From positions 33,369 through 97,368 of the forward strand of contig CAZZCU010000002.1 in assembly GCA_964652825.1 (NCBI GenBank): a stretch of DNA of 64,000 nucleotides. Direction: 5' to 3'. This document shows positions 29,928-38,839 of the stretch, piece after piece. The position numbers were made by a program, and so were the translations under genes. This DNA comes from an uncultured Oligoflexales bacterium (GTDB lineage Bacteria; Bdellovibrionota_B; Oligoflexia; Oligoflexales; CAZZCU01). The notes beneath the pieces were generated by a model. That model saw nothing but the letters and a program-made list of their open reading frames with translations. It did no database searches and was not told the DNA's origin. The first letter of the stretch is position 1; each line of letters starts with the position of its first letter.

Positions 29928-30569
29928 TTAAATCCAGAGCGAGAAGCCGAGGCCCAGCGCTGTGGTGTTGGTTTTAAAGTTATCTGCCGCGGCACCGGAA
30001 GACTTCATCAGGTTCTCCTGATTAAGCTTGGCGGTTCCGTACACCGACACACTCGGAGACATGAAGTAGTTGAGGCCGAGGCTATAATATAAGCCGCTGC
30101 CATAAAACGAGGCAACATCAGCAGCTCGCTGGTAGTCCAAGCGCGAGCCGAGAATACCACCACCAAGCTCCAGATTGGCGAGCGGCGCCATGAATACCAA
30201 ACGCGTTTCCGCGAAGACTTTGGAACCGATCATACGCTCGACATTTGAACCTGCATTACTCATATTGGAGAAGGTATGACCGACGTTAAACTGGACGAAT
30301 TTCATCACTTCCAGGCCCAGACCACTGCGAAAACCATAACCCTGCCAGTTTTGACTGAATGACTCGGTAGAGGATTTGGCACGGTAGCTACCATATTCAC
30401 CTTCGATGCCCTGCGAGACCAGAACATTGGTGCGGACGCTTGAGCGCATCTGATTAATGTAGCTGTGCGAGGATGCCTGCGCTGGCGAGGCTGTAGCAAC
30501 TGCGACGCCGAAGGCCACAACGGCAATAAAACGATGGGTCATATAATTCATACTGCTCATGTCCAACAT
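29928..30569 (-). CDS. small outer-membrane beta-barrel protein
   Basis: An internal Met start (about 30569-30542) gives the signal peptide ...HRFIAVVAFGVAVATASPAQA. The rest has alternating-hydrophobic strands and an aromatic-rich C-terminus (LGLGFSLWI). Confidence 0.6.
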   Translation of the reverse strand: MLDMSSMNYMTHRFIAVVAFGVAVATASPAQASSHSYINQMRSSVRTNVLVSQGIEGEYGSYRAKSSTESFSQNWQGYGFRSGLGLEVMKFVQFNVGHTFSNMSNAGSNVERMIGSKVFAETRLVFMAPLANLELGGGILGSRLDYQRAADVASFYGSGLYYSLGLNYFMSPSVSVYGTAKLNQENLMKSSGAAADNFKTNTTALGLGFSLWI

Positions 30570-30752
30570 AACGAGACTCCGCAACAACAAAAAACCACGA
30601 TCAAAGAAAGGAATCATCCACAATGGAAATTCAGCTTCCACGCGCACGGGTAAACCCAGGCGTACAACTGCCCATGAGCAAGGGTCGTGCCACCAGCTCA
30701 TTATCATGTTAAGTCATTGATTTTATTGTAAAATATAGGCGAGTTGGCCTGA

Positions 30753-31433
30753 CTAAAGTTCCGACACTTGTCCTGAATTACTGACCAAAGGCTTGGCAAC
30801 CGGCTCCGCGGCGGGCTGCGTCTGGGTACCAGCGGCAACCGCCAAAACCCTCTGTCCCATGGGGTCGGCGATATCCTGCTTGCTACCACCCATCAGCGTA
30901 TAGAGCTTAGGACCGGCTTCTTCGAGGTGCCCGTCGACGCGGATAGCACCGATTTTCTCCTCGACCTCATTATGCGGTGCGAAGCGTTTATAGACATTCA
31001 GTTGTACGGCATACTGCGCGGTGGCTTTTTGCCAGCGCAAGGGCACGGTTTCCACGTGCCACTGCCCAAAGTAAAAATGATTGGTCTGTTCCAGGCGCGC
31101 GCGCAAAATATGCTCCACCGGCTGTAACGGCACTTGCTTGGTGATGGTTTCCCCACCTGGTGCCCGCACATTCACGGTTTCATAGGGCGTCAATTTCAGC
31201 AGAATACGTACGCGTGTTGGACCATAATCATTGCTGGGCAAGCGCACGGCGCCCGTTTTTGGATTCACGGTTTCCGCCTGAACATTGACCTGCGTTTTGT
31301 CCACCGCCGGAGAGGTTGTCGCAGCCGCAGGCGGATTTGGTGTCGCCGTAACAGCTAACACTTGCGTATGGGTACCCGCGATCGCTACAATCACGAAACT
31401 AAATAATTGGCTTCGCTGGCTTGCTAACAACAT
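30753..31433 (-). CDS. hypothetical secreted protein
   Basis: 226 aa with a signal peptide and a Pro/Ala/Thr linker. Confidence 0.45.
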   Translation of the reverse strand: MLLASQRSQLFSFVIVAIAGTHTQVLAVTATPNPPAAATTSPAVDKTQVNVQAETVNPKTGAVRLPSNDYGPTRVRILLKLTPYETVNVRAPGGETITKQVPLQPVEHILRARLEQTNHFYFGQWHVETVPLRWQKATAQYAVQLNVYKRFAPHNEVEEKIGAIRVDGHLEEAGPKLYTLMGGSKQDIADPMGQRVLAVAAGTQTQPAAEPVAKPLVSNSGQVSEL

Positions 31434-31577
31434 AAGCGCCCCATCTTGATAAAAGCAAATTGGGAGATATCTGGAATGATCGTGTCGTCTAGTGCCTATT
31501 ATACCGCAGCTAATCCGCTATGGGTGCGCCCGACACAGGAATTCGCTTAAGCTTTGCCGGATGAAGATTTGGAGAAC

Positions 31578-32933
31578 ATGACAAAACCAAAGAAAAAAAT
31601 TCCAGACATCGCCAGGTTGTTACTGGCTGTTACTCTGGCACTTGTTGTTCCCGGCGTCTGGCTGGCGGCGATCCCGGCTGATGATACCGGCTACCAGGCC
31701 GAGACCCGCACCCGCGCCAATCTTGAACAAGCCAAGCTCCACCTCGATAAATTCCGCGGCGAATTTAAACGCCTGCCCACCACCTTGACCGAGTTGCGTA
31801 CCTATGCCAAAAGTCGCGGGGAAAACATCAGCAGCTATGACGCTTACGGCCAGCGTCTGCAGTATGTCAAACTCGATGCCGAGCATTTTGTCTTACGTTC
31901 CTTTGGCAATGACAGTGTGCAAAATACGATTTTTACCGCCACCGATCCCAAAGTCGCAGCGTGGAACAAAATCGATGACACTTTGCAGTATGATTTCCAA
32001 AAACGTTTGCAGCGCCTGACTTATCCAGCGCCGCTGCTCATGGGCGCGGATGCTCCCAACAAACAATGGCAGGCGCAACTGTACGTTGATCCTGCCGCCG
32101 GCCAAAGTCGCCTGATGGTGCGTCATCGTCAACGTGAGGATTTGATCATGCTGGCGGTGCATGAACAGGTTGAAGAATTTCTCTGGCTGCCTGACAGTCA
32201 CCGCCTGGTGTATACCGCGACCGGCAGCTCGCGTTATCGTGACGGCGTTTACTTGTGGGACTTGCTCGAAGACAGCACCGCGAATTTGCTCGACAACATC
32301 ACCAGCAAAGTCGGTATCACTGCACTCGCCGACACAACACAACTTTGGCTTAGTTTGGCTGGCGTCACCGCGCTCGGACCACAGGTGTTTTTCTACGCCG
32401 CCGGCATTAACAGCAAAGAATTAAATCCCAGCGCTTTTTATCATCCCGACAATTATTACGTGGCAATTATCCCGCCGGAAAAAACCAACAGCGCCAAAAT
32501 CGGGCGCGCGAAGTTAATGCCGCCTTTAATCACCAAGATACCGTGGACGGATTTAAACGAACAGATCATTGCACCAACAACGCTGCACAATCTGCAAACG
32601 CAATGGTTGCAGCTGCCGCTCAGCGGCGGCACCGAGAACGTAATCCGCGCCTGGCAGGAATTTATTCAGACACACCCACAGACCGCCTTGAGTCCGTATG
32701 CATTGTGGATGCTGACATCGCTCTTCAGCGACAGCTATGCATTATTGCGCCAAGACAAGAAGCAACAAACCGAAGCCGAGACATTGCGTGCTTTCGGTGC
32801 CGAGATTGCTAGCGCCTTATGCAATCATCCCTTGAGTCCGGCCTATCTGCATGGCTTCGGCCAATTTGCTTATCAGCAGCTAACAGCAAAAACACCGCTG
32901 CCCTACGCGATTTCCAAGTTGCATATGCGCTGA
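31578..32933 (+). CDS. membrane-anchored hypothetical protein with pseudopilin (GspG)-like globular motif near N-terminus
   Basis: ATG 31578 is preceded by GGAG. There is a single TM helix (LLLAVTLALVVPGVWLAAI). The segment LPTTLTEL...DAYGQRLQYVKLDAEHFVLRSFGNDS resembles the GspG core. Confidence 0.5.
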   Translation: MTKPKKKIPDIARLLLAVTLALVVPGVWLAAIPADDTGYQAETRTRANLEQAKLHLDKFRGEFKRLPTTLTELRTYAKSRGENISSYDAYGQRLQYVKLDAEHFVLRSFGNDSVQNTIFTATDPKVAAWNKIDDTLQYDFQKRLQRLTYPAPLLMGADAPNKQWQAQLYVDPAAGQSRLMVRHRQREDLIMLAVHEQVEEFLWLPDSHRLVYTATGSSRYRDGVYLWDLLEDSTANLLDNITSKVGITALADTTQLWLSLAGVTALGPQVFFYAAGINSKELNPSAFYHPDNYYVAIIPPEKTNSAKIGRAKLMPPLITKIPWTDLNEQIIAPTTLHNLQTQWLQLPLSGGTENVIRAWQEFIQTHPQTALSPYALWMLTSLFSDSYALLRQDKKQQTEAETLRAFGAEIASALCNHPLSPAYLHGFGQFAYQQLTAKTPLPYAISKLHMR

Positions 32934-32987
32934 GCCCGGCTAGAATGCGCCGACACGTGATTACATGAAGATCAGGAGATCGCACAA

Positions 32988-34112
32988 GTGAGCAAAGAAT
33001 TCGACAACGTTTATGTGGTGATCCTCGCGGGTGGTAGCGGTACCCGGTTCTGGCCCAAGTCGCGCCACCAATCACCCAAGCAACTTTGCATCATCGGCGA
33101 CGCCGACAAAACCATGCTCGAAATCACCCTGGACCGCTTGAACGGTTTTGTACCCAAAGAACGTCGCCTGATTGTCACGCATCAGGATCAAGCACCCCAA
33201 ACCGAGCGGTTGGTGGGAAACAGTGTGCAACGTGTGCTTGCCGAACCACAAGCGCGCAATACCGCCAATGCGCTGGCGCTGGCGGCGCTCGAAGTTCAAC
33301 AGATGCACCGACAGTCAGTCGCCAAAGATGCCGCTGGCAAACCAGCAGTCATGATTTCATTGCACGCTGACCATATCATCAAGGATGTGCCGCGCTTCAT
33401 CAACGATCTCAAAAAGGCCGTGACCGTGGCTGAGACGGGACAAATCTGTCTGCTTGGCATCAAACCGCGCTACCCCGAAACCGGCTTTGGTTATATTGAG
33501 CAAGGCGCGCCGCTAAATCTCTCCGGCGCCAAGGATGCCTATAAGGTACAGAGTTTTCGCGAAAAACCGGCATTAGAACTAGCCACCGAATATGTCGCCT
33601 CTGGGCGTTTTCTCTGGAACGCGGGTTTGTTTGTCTGGCAGATTCCGGTGATCCTCGAAGAACTCAAAACATATTTGCCCATGCCAGTCGAAAAACTCAG
33701 CGACGCGCTCGGCGCGGAAACGAGCTTTTCACGATTACCACGCGCGCGCATGGCGGAGGTCTATGGTGCGCTACCGAAAATCGCCATCGATAACGCCGTA
33801 CTTGAAGTCAGCAAAAAAGTGTCGGTAATCGTCACCGACTTCGGCTGGCAGGATGTCGGCAGCTGGGACGCCATGGCACAGTGCTTTGCTCCGGATGCCA
33901 AAGGCAATCTGGCTTTTGGTGACACGGTTTTAATCGACGCGCAGGATACCACGGTTGATTCGGACGGACCGTTCGTGGCTTGTCTAGGCACCAAAGACTT
34001 AGTGGTGGTGGCGGCTAAAGGCGCAGTCTTGGTTTGTCCCAAAGAACGCGCGCAGGATGTCAAAAAAATTGTTGAGTGGTTACAGGCTGCCGGTAGAACC
34101 GAGTATCTCTAG
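32988..34112 (+). CDS. mannose-1-phosphate guanylyltransferase (NTP-transferase only, no isomerase domain)
   Basis: 374 aa with the motif VILAGGSGTRFWPKSR. GTG start. Confidence 0.85.
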   Translation: MSKEFDNVYVVILAGGSGTRFWPKSRHQSPKQLCIIGDADKTMLEITLDRLNGFVPKERRLIVTHQDQAPQTERLVGNSVQRVLAEPQARNTANALALAALEVQQMHRQSVAKDAAGKPAVMISLHADHIIKDVPRFINDLKKAVTVAETGQICLLGIKPRYPETGFGYIEQGAPLNLSGAKDAYKVQSFREKPALELATEYVASGRFLWNAGLFVWQIPVILEELKTYLPMPVEKLSDALGAETSFSRLPRARMAEVYGALPKIAIDNAVLEVSKKVSVIVTDFGWQDVGSWDAMAQCFAPDAKGNLAFGDTVLIDAQDTTVDSDGPFVACLGTKDLVVVAAKGAVLVCPKERAQDVKKIVEWLQAAGRTEYL

Positions 34113-35230
34113 TTAATAATATAAGCGTAGATGTTCCGCATACCGGTCGCAAAAAATAGCTGCCCCTGCCATACCAGCGGACGACCACTGATCAACGAAC
34201 CAACATCATCATGCCAAGCGACTTTGCCGGTACTGATATCCAGCGCGTTGATGCGACCGGCTGTTCCAGCAATATAGAGCATGGTCTCGCCAGCGGAAAT
34301 CGAAGTCACCGCCTGACCAGTAACAGCGCGCCACAAGCGTCTACCGGTATTAATGTCATATGCATAAATATCACCGTTGATACAGCCAACATAAAATCTG
34401 CCGCCACGCAAAACGGAATTTGTCACTGCCGGCAACGTATCCTTCCAGATAGTGCGACGATCTCGCTCGTCCATCTCGACCGCTGCAACCAAACCGTCAT
34501 AGCGTGATAAAATCAGACGATTACCCTGCACGTTCATTTCGCCGGTGACGTCATGAAAACGCGCCTCGACATACTCCGGATTGTAACGCCAGTAGAGTTT
34601 GCCGGTGAGAAAATTAACCGCCTCAATGTCTCCCGAGACTAGACCGATCAACACGCGATCACCGACGACCACCGGCGGCGCCAACGTTTGCGCCGTCAAG
34701 CCATCGGGAAAACCCGCATCATAAATCCATTGTGTTGCACCGCTCTGAAAATCCAGCGCGTACAATTGTTGTCCCGCCGTCATGGCCAACAAGGTTGAAC
34801 CCTGTAAAACAAAACTGCGCGAAACAAATGAATCGAGATGAATCTCCCACATTTTTTTACCGGTGGCCGCCTCGACTTTTGTCACCGTGCCGTCGCGAAA
34901 TCCGAGCATGACAAACTGCCCGATCTCAGTAACCGGCGCCGCCAAAACCGCCGGCGCAGCAACCCACCAGGCAATGCCATGATCACGCAAATTATAAGCA
35001 CCCACCCACTGATCAGAAAACGGCCCGATCGCCAAACCCTGCGCAATCCCCCAACCGGAGAGATCAAGGGCAGCTAGAGGTTTTTGTGCATCCAATTGCG
35101 GATCAAACTTAAAAAACTGAGCGCGATACGGGCGTTCCTGTGCCGGCTGGTAATGGGAGATCGCCGTCGCCTTGGCGACGATAAAGAATTGCACGGCAAC
35201 CAAGATCAGCCCAATGAAGCGTGTCTGCAT
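34109..35230 (-). CDS. bamB: PQQ-like beta-propeller outer-membrane assembly protein (BamB-like)
   Basis: 373 aa with repeated ...G.l.A.d..tG...W motifs. It lies immediately downstream of a YfgM-like gene, matching the E. coli yfgM-bamB order. Confidence 0.7.
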   Translation of the reverse strand: MQTRFIGLILVAVQFFIVAKATAISHYQPAQERPYRAQFFKFDPQLDAQKPLAALDLSGWGIAQGLAIGPFSDQWVGAYNLRDHGIAWWVAAPAVLAAPVTEIGQFVMLGFRDGTVTKVEAATGKKMWEIHLDSFVSRSFVLQGSTLLAMTAGQQLYALDFQSGATQWIYDAGFPDGLTAQTLAPPVVVGDRVLIGLVSGDIEAVNFLTGKLYWRYNPEYVEARFHDVTGEMNVQGNRLILSRYDGLVAAVEMDERDRRTIWKDTLPAVTNSVLRGGRFYVGCINGDIYAYDINTGRRLWRAVTGQAVTSISAGETMLYIAGTAGRINALDISTGKVAWHDDVGSLISGRPLVWQGQLFFATGMRNIYAYIIN

Positions 35231-35251
35231 GTTTATTCCTAACTCGAAAAC

Positions 35252-36085
35252 TCAGAGAATAGCGCGCAGGCCGCGTGCCTTATCCGCTTCCGGTGAACTA
35301 CCGTGCTCTTTAATAATGGTATCCAACGTCACCAAGGCTTCCGGCTTGGCGTTGTTAAGCCACTGCAGCCGCCCCTTGGTCAGCAACAATAACGGCGCCA
35401 GTTCTTTATCAGCAATCTGCAAAGCCAAGTCCGCGACTTCGATTGCCTTAGCATAGTCCGATTTACTTTCGTGCAAAGCGATTAATAAAATCCGACCTTG
35501 CACCTGATAAAACGGCTTGCTGACACTTTTGGCAAGAATACCGCTCAGGATGGTTTCCGCTTCCTCATACTGCCCACCCTTAATAGCCTCACTCGCAACA
35601 CGCAAGCCCGCAGCCCAGCCTTCCGCGTTAGCTTGATGCAACGTGTAAAATTCCTTGTACCTGGCCAGCGAGGCGGCGTGATCGGGACGCAGCGTTGCCA
35701 TCTCGTTTTCGATATTTTTACGTTGCTGTGACGAAGTGGTGGCCTTGGCGTTTTTATCTTTGGCATCCGGCATAACATCGATCAGCTTTTGCATCGATTG
35801 ACGTTTAGTTTCCATCGCCTTGGCTTCTTCCTGCCAGAGGATATCGATTTTTGCCAACTCATCCTGACGCTGCTCCTTGTGTTTTGCCGCATAAAACGAC
35901 CAGGCAAAACCACCAGCTAGCACCAAAAACACCGGTAACGTCACCGCCGCCAGCGCTTTTTGATTTTTGATGATCCACTGCAAAGCAGAATAAATCGTGG
36001 CTTGAAATGCATCCAAGCCTTTTGGTTTGCTCACGTTCTTAGGCTCCTTCACAAGGCCTCCCATCTGATAAGTGCCGACCATCAT
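35252..36085 (-). CDS. YfgM-like TPR membrane protein
   Basis: 277 aa with one TM helix (AAVTLPVFLVLAGGFAWSFYA) followed by a helical, TPR-like domain. Synteny with bamB supports the call. Confidence 0.55.
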   Translation of the reverse strand: MMVGTYQMGGLVKEPKNVSKPKGLDAFQATIYSALQWIIKNQKALAAVTLPVFLVLAGGFAWSFYAAKHKEQRQDELAKIDILWQEEAKAMETKRQSMQKLIDVMPDAKDKNAKATTSSQQRKNIENEMATLRPDHAASLARYKEFYTLHQANAEGWAAGLRVASEAIKGGQYEEAETILSGILAKSVSKPFYQVQGRILLIALHESKSDYAKAIEVADLALQIADKELAPLLLLTKGRLQWLNNAKPEALVTLDTIIKEHGSSPEADKARGLRAIL

Positions 36086-36164
36086 AGAGCTGTGCTAAGA
36101 TGTTGAAAAGAGCAAATTTAATCACCAGCGGAACTTTCACGAACATGAGGCGTGCCGGGACGAT

Positions 36165-37403
36165 ATGGGACATTCACAGCTGGGACAAATTTTAATCAAA
36201 CGCGGCCTGTTGACAGAAGCTGACCGTCAAACCATCAATCGCACCTGTGGCGCGACTCCTGGCGCTTTTGCCAAAGGTGTGCTGGCCCTGGGTTTGCTCG
36301 ACGAAAACGAACTCGCTGAGCTGATTGCCGGCGAAGCGCGGTTGCCGCGAGCGCATGCCGATCTCCCTGACACCGCCAGTGCCGACGCGTTCGTCGAGTG
36401 CACCGCAGGTTTGGTGGAAAGCATGGAGTTTATCCCAATTGACGTGGACAAGCATTATCTGACGGCGGCTATTCTGGACCCCTTTGATAAATCGACCGTA
36501 CGTCGCCTCGAATTTTTCACCGGCAAACGCATCAAACCAGTGGTTGCAACCCTGTCGCAAGTGCAGACTTACTTGCAGCAAAAAATCGAAAATTATGCGC
36601 CACGACCAACCGGACTCGAAGAATTTCTCAAACACCATGCCGGTGATAGCAAAGACAACATCAGCAAAACCAGCGGCGAACGTATCTCGCTGATCAACAA
36701 GGTTCAGGCCGGAAAAGCCGTTACCACCAAAGACTCCACACCACCGACGACCAAAACCGAACCCAAAGCAGATACCGCTGACGACTGGCAACAACTGGAA
36801 CGTCTTAGCCAGGAGCCACAACATGAGCCCATCGTCGAAAGCATCGAAGAACTGCCGGCCATCACCGGCGACGAGATGCAGGTTTTAGCCGAGGCCCCTG
36901 CTGCACCGATCAGCGAAACGGCTCAACCCGCCTCGCCGCCAGCGACAAAGGTCAACATCGCCGCCATCAATCGGGCGTTGTGGCGTCTTGAAACCAGCAC
37001 GTCCGCCGAGAAAAGCGCCGATATTATTGCGCGGGCCGCGCACCCGATGCTCGTCGCGGGCATTATCTGGCAACTCGGCGAGACCGCCCAGACCCTGATC
37101 GGCTGGCAGAGCGATGCCGACGGCAAAATTGTTCTTAAAACCGATCTTGCCGGATTTAATGATGCAGCTGTCATAGCTGCGTTGCAAAACCAAGCCTTGG
37201 GGTTACAGACAGCTTTCGCCTGCGAAGTACCCGCTGTTGTCGAGCATTTCGCGGCACAGCAGCCGTTAGCGGCGTTATTGGTTGCTAATAAGGCGGAACA
37301 AAAAATGGTTCTGGTGACCATCGATCCGCAGCATCAATTAAGCAATACTACCTTCGCGGATACGCTCGCAGCAGCTTTGAGGAAAATCCAGGCTAAGACA
37401 TAA
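36165..37403 (+). CDS. hypothetical protein with T2SSE_N/MshEN-like N-terminal domain, no ATPase domain
   Basis: The N-terminal part has QLGQILIKRGLLTEADRQTI and LGLLDENELAELIAGE motifs. These are followed by a Pro/Thr-rich linker and an unassigned C-terminal domain. Confidence 0.45.
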   Translation: MGHSQLGQILIKRGLLTEADRQTINRTCGATPGAFAKGVLALGLLDENELAELIAGEARLPRAHADLPDTASADAFVECTAGLVESMEFIPIDVDKHYLTAAILDPFDKSTVRRLEFFTGKRIKPVVATLSQVQTYLQQKIENYAPRPTGLEEFLKHHAGDSKDNISKTSGERISLINKVQAGKAVTTKDSTPPTTKTEPKADTADDWQQLERLSQEPQHEPIVESIEELPAITGDEMQVLAEAPAAPISETAQPASPPATKVNIAAINRALWRLETSTSAEKSADIIARAAHPMLVAGIIWQLGETAQTLIGWQSDADGKIVLKTDLAGFNDAAVIAALQNQALGLQTAFACEVPAVVEHFAAQQPLAALLVANKAEQKMVLVTIDPQHQLSNTTFADTLAAALRKIQAKT

Positions 37404-37408
37404 AGGGC

Positions 37409-38374
37409 TTAGAAACCCTTGCTGGCAAGCTCTTGCGCCAATTGCTCAAGAAACGTCAGATGATTGAAAGTCGTACTGGCGTCAAATAATTTATAACCGA
37501 TTAAATCCAAATGATCCGCCGGCAGGATACCGCGGAACTGTCCCCACTGCGCGGACGCTACCGGCACCACGCCATCATTGGCGCCCGCCGCTGCGGTCAA
37601 AATCCCGGCCGATAACTTGAGCATGCCTTTGGTGATATCACCGGTGGTGGCGCCAGTTGCCGCCGCCCACGATTGATAATAAATACCAGGCACATCAGGA
37701 TTCGCAGGATTGAATTGCTGAGTCACAAAAGCCGTCGTCATGCTGTTAGCCGCGGCCATGGTATCCGGATCTGGGGTGTTCGTATTAATCACCCGTCCCA
37801 TCAGATCAAGCATGACGCCTAAGGCCTGCTGCGCGATCGGACCGGACAGCTGTACCGACAAATCGGCAAGCTGCGTCCCGTAATGCGGCGTTGACAACGT
37901 GGAAACCGAAGCGATTTTATCGCTGACACCCGCCATGCGCACGGCATAACGTGCATCCAGTCCACCCTGCGAATGCGCGATGATATTCAATTTCTCAGCG
38001 CCGCTGCTCGCGGCAATCTGCTGGAGCTGCTCGGCTAATTGACGACCACGATACTCCGAGGTCTGCACAGCGGCGACTTCCGTCTCATAAATCTTGCAGC
38101 CTTTTTGCGTGAAGTGATCTTTGACTTTAACAAACATGCCCACGCGTTTTCCGGCCATAAAACCATGATGAAGCACGATCGGATATTGGGGGCATTGAAA
38201 GAGATTGGTGACATCACCCTGATTGCCGGTAGCGGTACCGTCATCCACGCCAGGTTGCTGTGTAATCGCGGCCGGAGACGGCTTCCTAGCACCCGTTTGC
38301 TTCGGCTCCGCACAGCCGGAGGCTGCGATCACCAAGACTACGGTCACACTAACTCTGCAAGCAAAGCTAACCAA
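37409..38374 (-). CDS. secreted triacylglycerol lipase/esterase (alpha/beta hydrolase)
   Basis: Lipobox (IAASGC). Oxyanion region PIVLHHGF. Nucleophile elbow IIAHSQGG. Confidence 0.8.
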   Translation of the reverse strand: MVSFACRVSVTVVLVIAASGCAEPKQTGARKPSPAAITQQPGVDDGTATGNQGDVTNLFQCPQYPIVLHHGFMAGKRVGMFVKVKDHFTQKGCKIYETEVAAVQTSEYRGRQLAEQLQQIAASSGAEKLNIIAHSQGGLDARYAVRMAGVSDKIASVSTLSTPHYGTQLADLSVQLSGPIAQQALGVMLDLMGRVINTNTPDPDTMAAANSMTTAFVTQQFNPANPDVPGIYYQSWAAATGATTGDITKGMLKLSAGILTAAAGANDGVVPVASAQWGQFRGILPADHLDLIGYKLFDASTTFNHLTFLEQLAQELASKGF

Positions 38375-38488
38375 GGCTGACAGTCTCCGTCGATATCGGG
38401 GTGTAGGTATCTATAAACGATAACATGGATTATGTAGCAAGAATTAAACCTATGATAACATATTGAATTTATTTGTATTTTTAAGAAA

Positions 38489-38517
38489 ATTACTGTCTAG
38501 ATCCTAGACATTGTCAA
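38489..38517 (-). promoter_or_regulatory. candidate sigma-70 promoter of the lipase gene with a palindromic operator in the spacer
   Basis: On the minus strand the sequence is TTGACA (38517..38512), N17, then AGTAAT (38494..38489). The spacer contains the palindrome TGTCTAG-N3-CTAGACA (38494..38510). Confidence 0.4.
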
Positions 38518-38542
38518 CGCCGGTGGCGACAGAGAAGAGGAA

Positions 38543-38665
38543 GTGTGGGTGCTTAGTCGAATTTGGTAAGTAAACAGCAGCATTCAACGGTAAGCAACGG
38601 GAACAGCAACAAGGGGGTTTGTCCTCTAAAAAACAAACAAATGTGACCAATCTAAGCACCCACGC
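38543..38665. other. long-range inverted repeat / candidate structured RNA element (strand unknown)
   Basis: GTGTGGGTGCTTAG (38543..38556) pairs with CTAAGCACCCACGC (38652..38665) over 14 bp, including one G-U pair. A further ATTTGGT/ACCAAT helix and an internal GTTTGT/ACAAAC hairpin (38617..38638) extend the structure. Confidence 0.25.
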
Positions 38666-38839
38666 CGTAGGAGTGAACCAGCGGCGATCGCCATTCTGCA
38701 GCTAATGTGCCAATAGCTTGTGTCGCAGTTATTTCAGCGAGTTAACTTAATCCAAAACAGGTCTTATCGAGAATAGGCAATAGTTTCGCCTGGCAGTTCC
38801 AACGAGCCTGGCGCGACAGCTGGCTAAATTCTAGCCAGC

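Noticed and set aside
38393-38403. A CCCGATAT element about 25 nt upstream of the lipase start looked like a possible sigma-28 -10 element.
   Set aside because: It matches only 6/8, and there is no TAAA-like -35 element at N15 (the nearest TATA is at N11). The TTGACA-N17 promoter further upstream is the better candidate.
38519-38839. I considered whether the large spacer encodes tmRNA (smpB is nearby), RNase P RNA, 6S RNA or SRP RNA.
   Set aside because: By eye there is no tRNA-like acceptor or T-arm with a CCA end. The conserved GGAAAGUCCGG and ACAGAACCCGGCUUA-type RNase P blocks are absent, and so is the SRP GGAA tetraloop helix. The region is kept only as an unclassified structured candidate.
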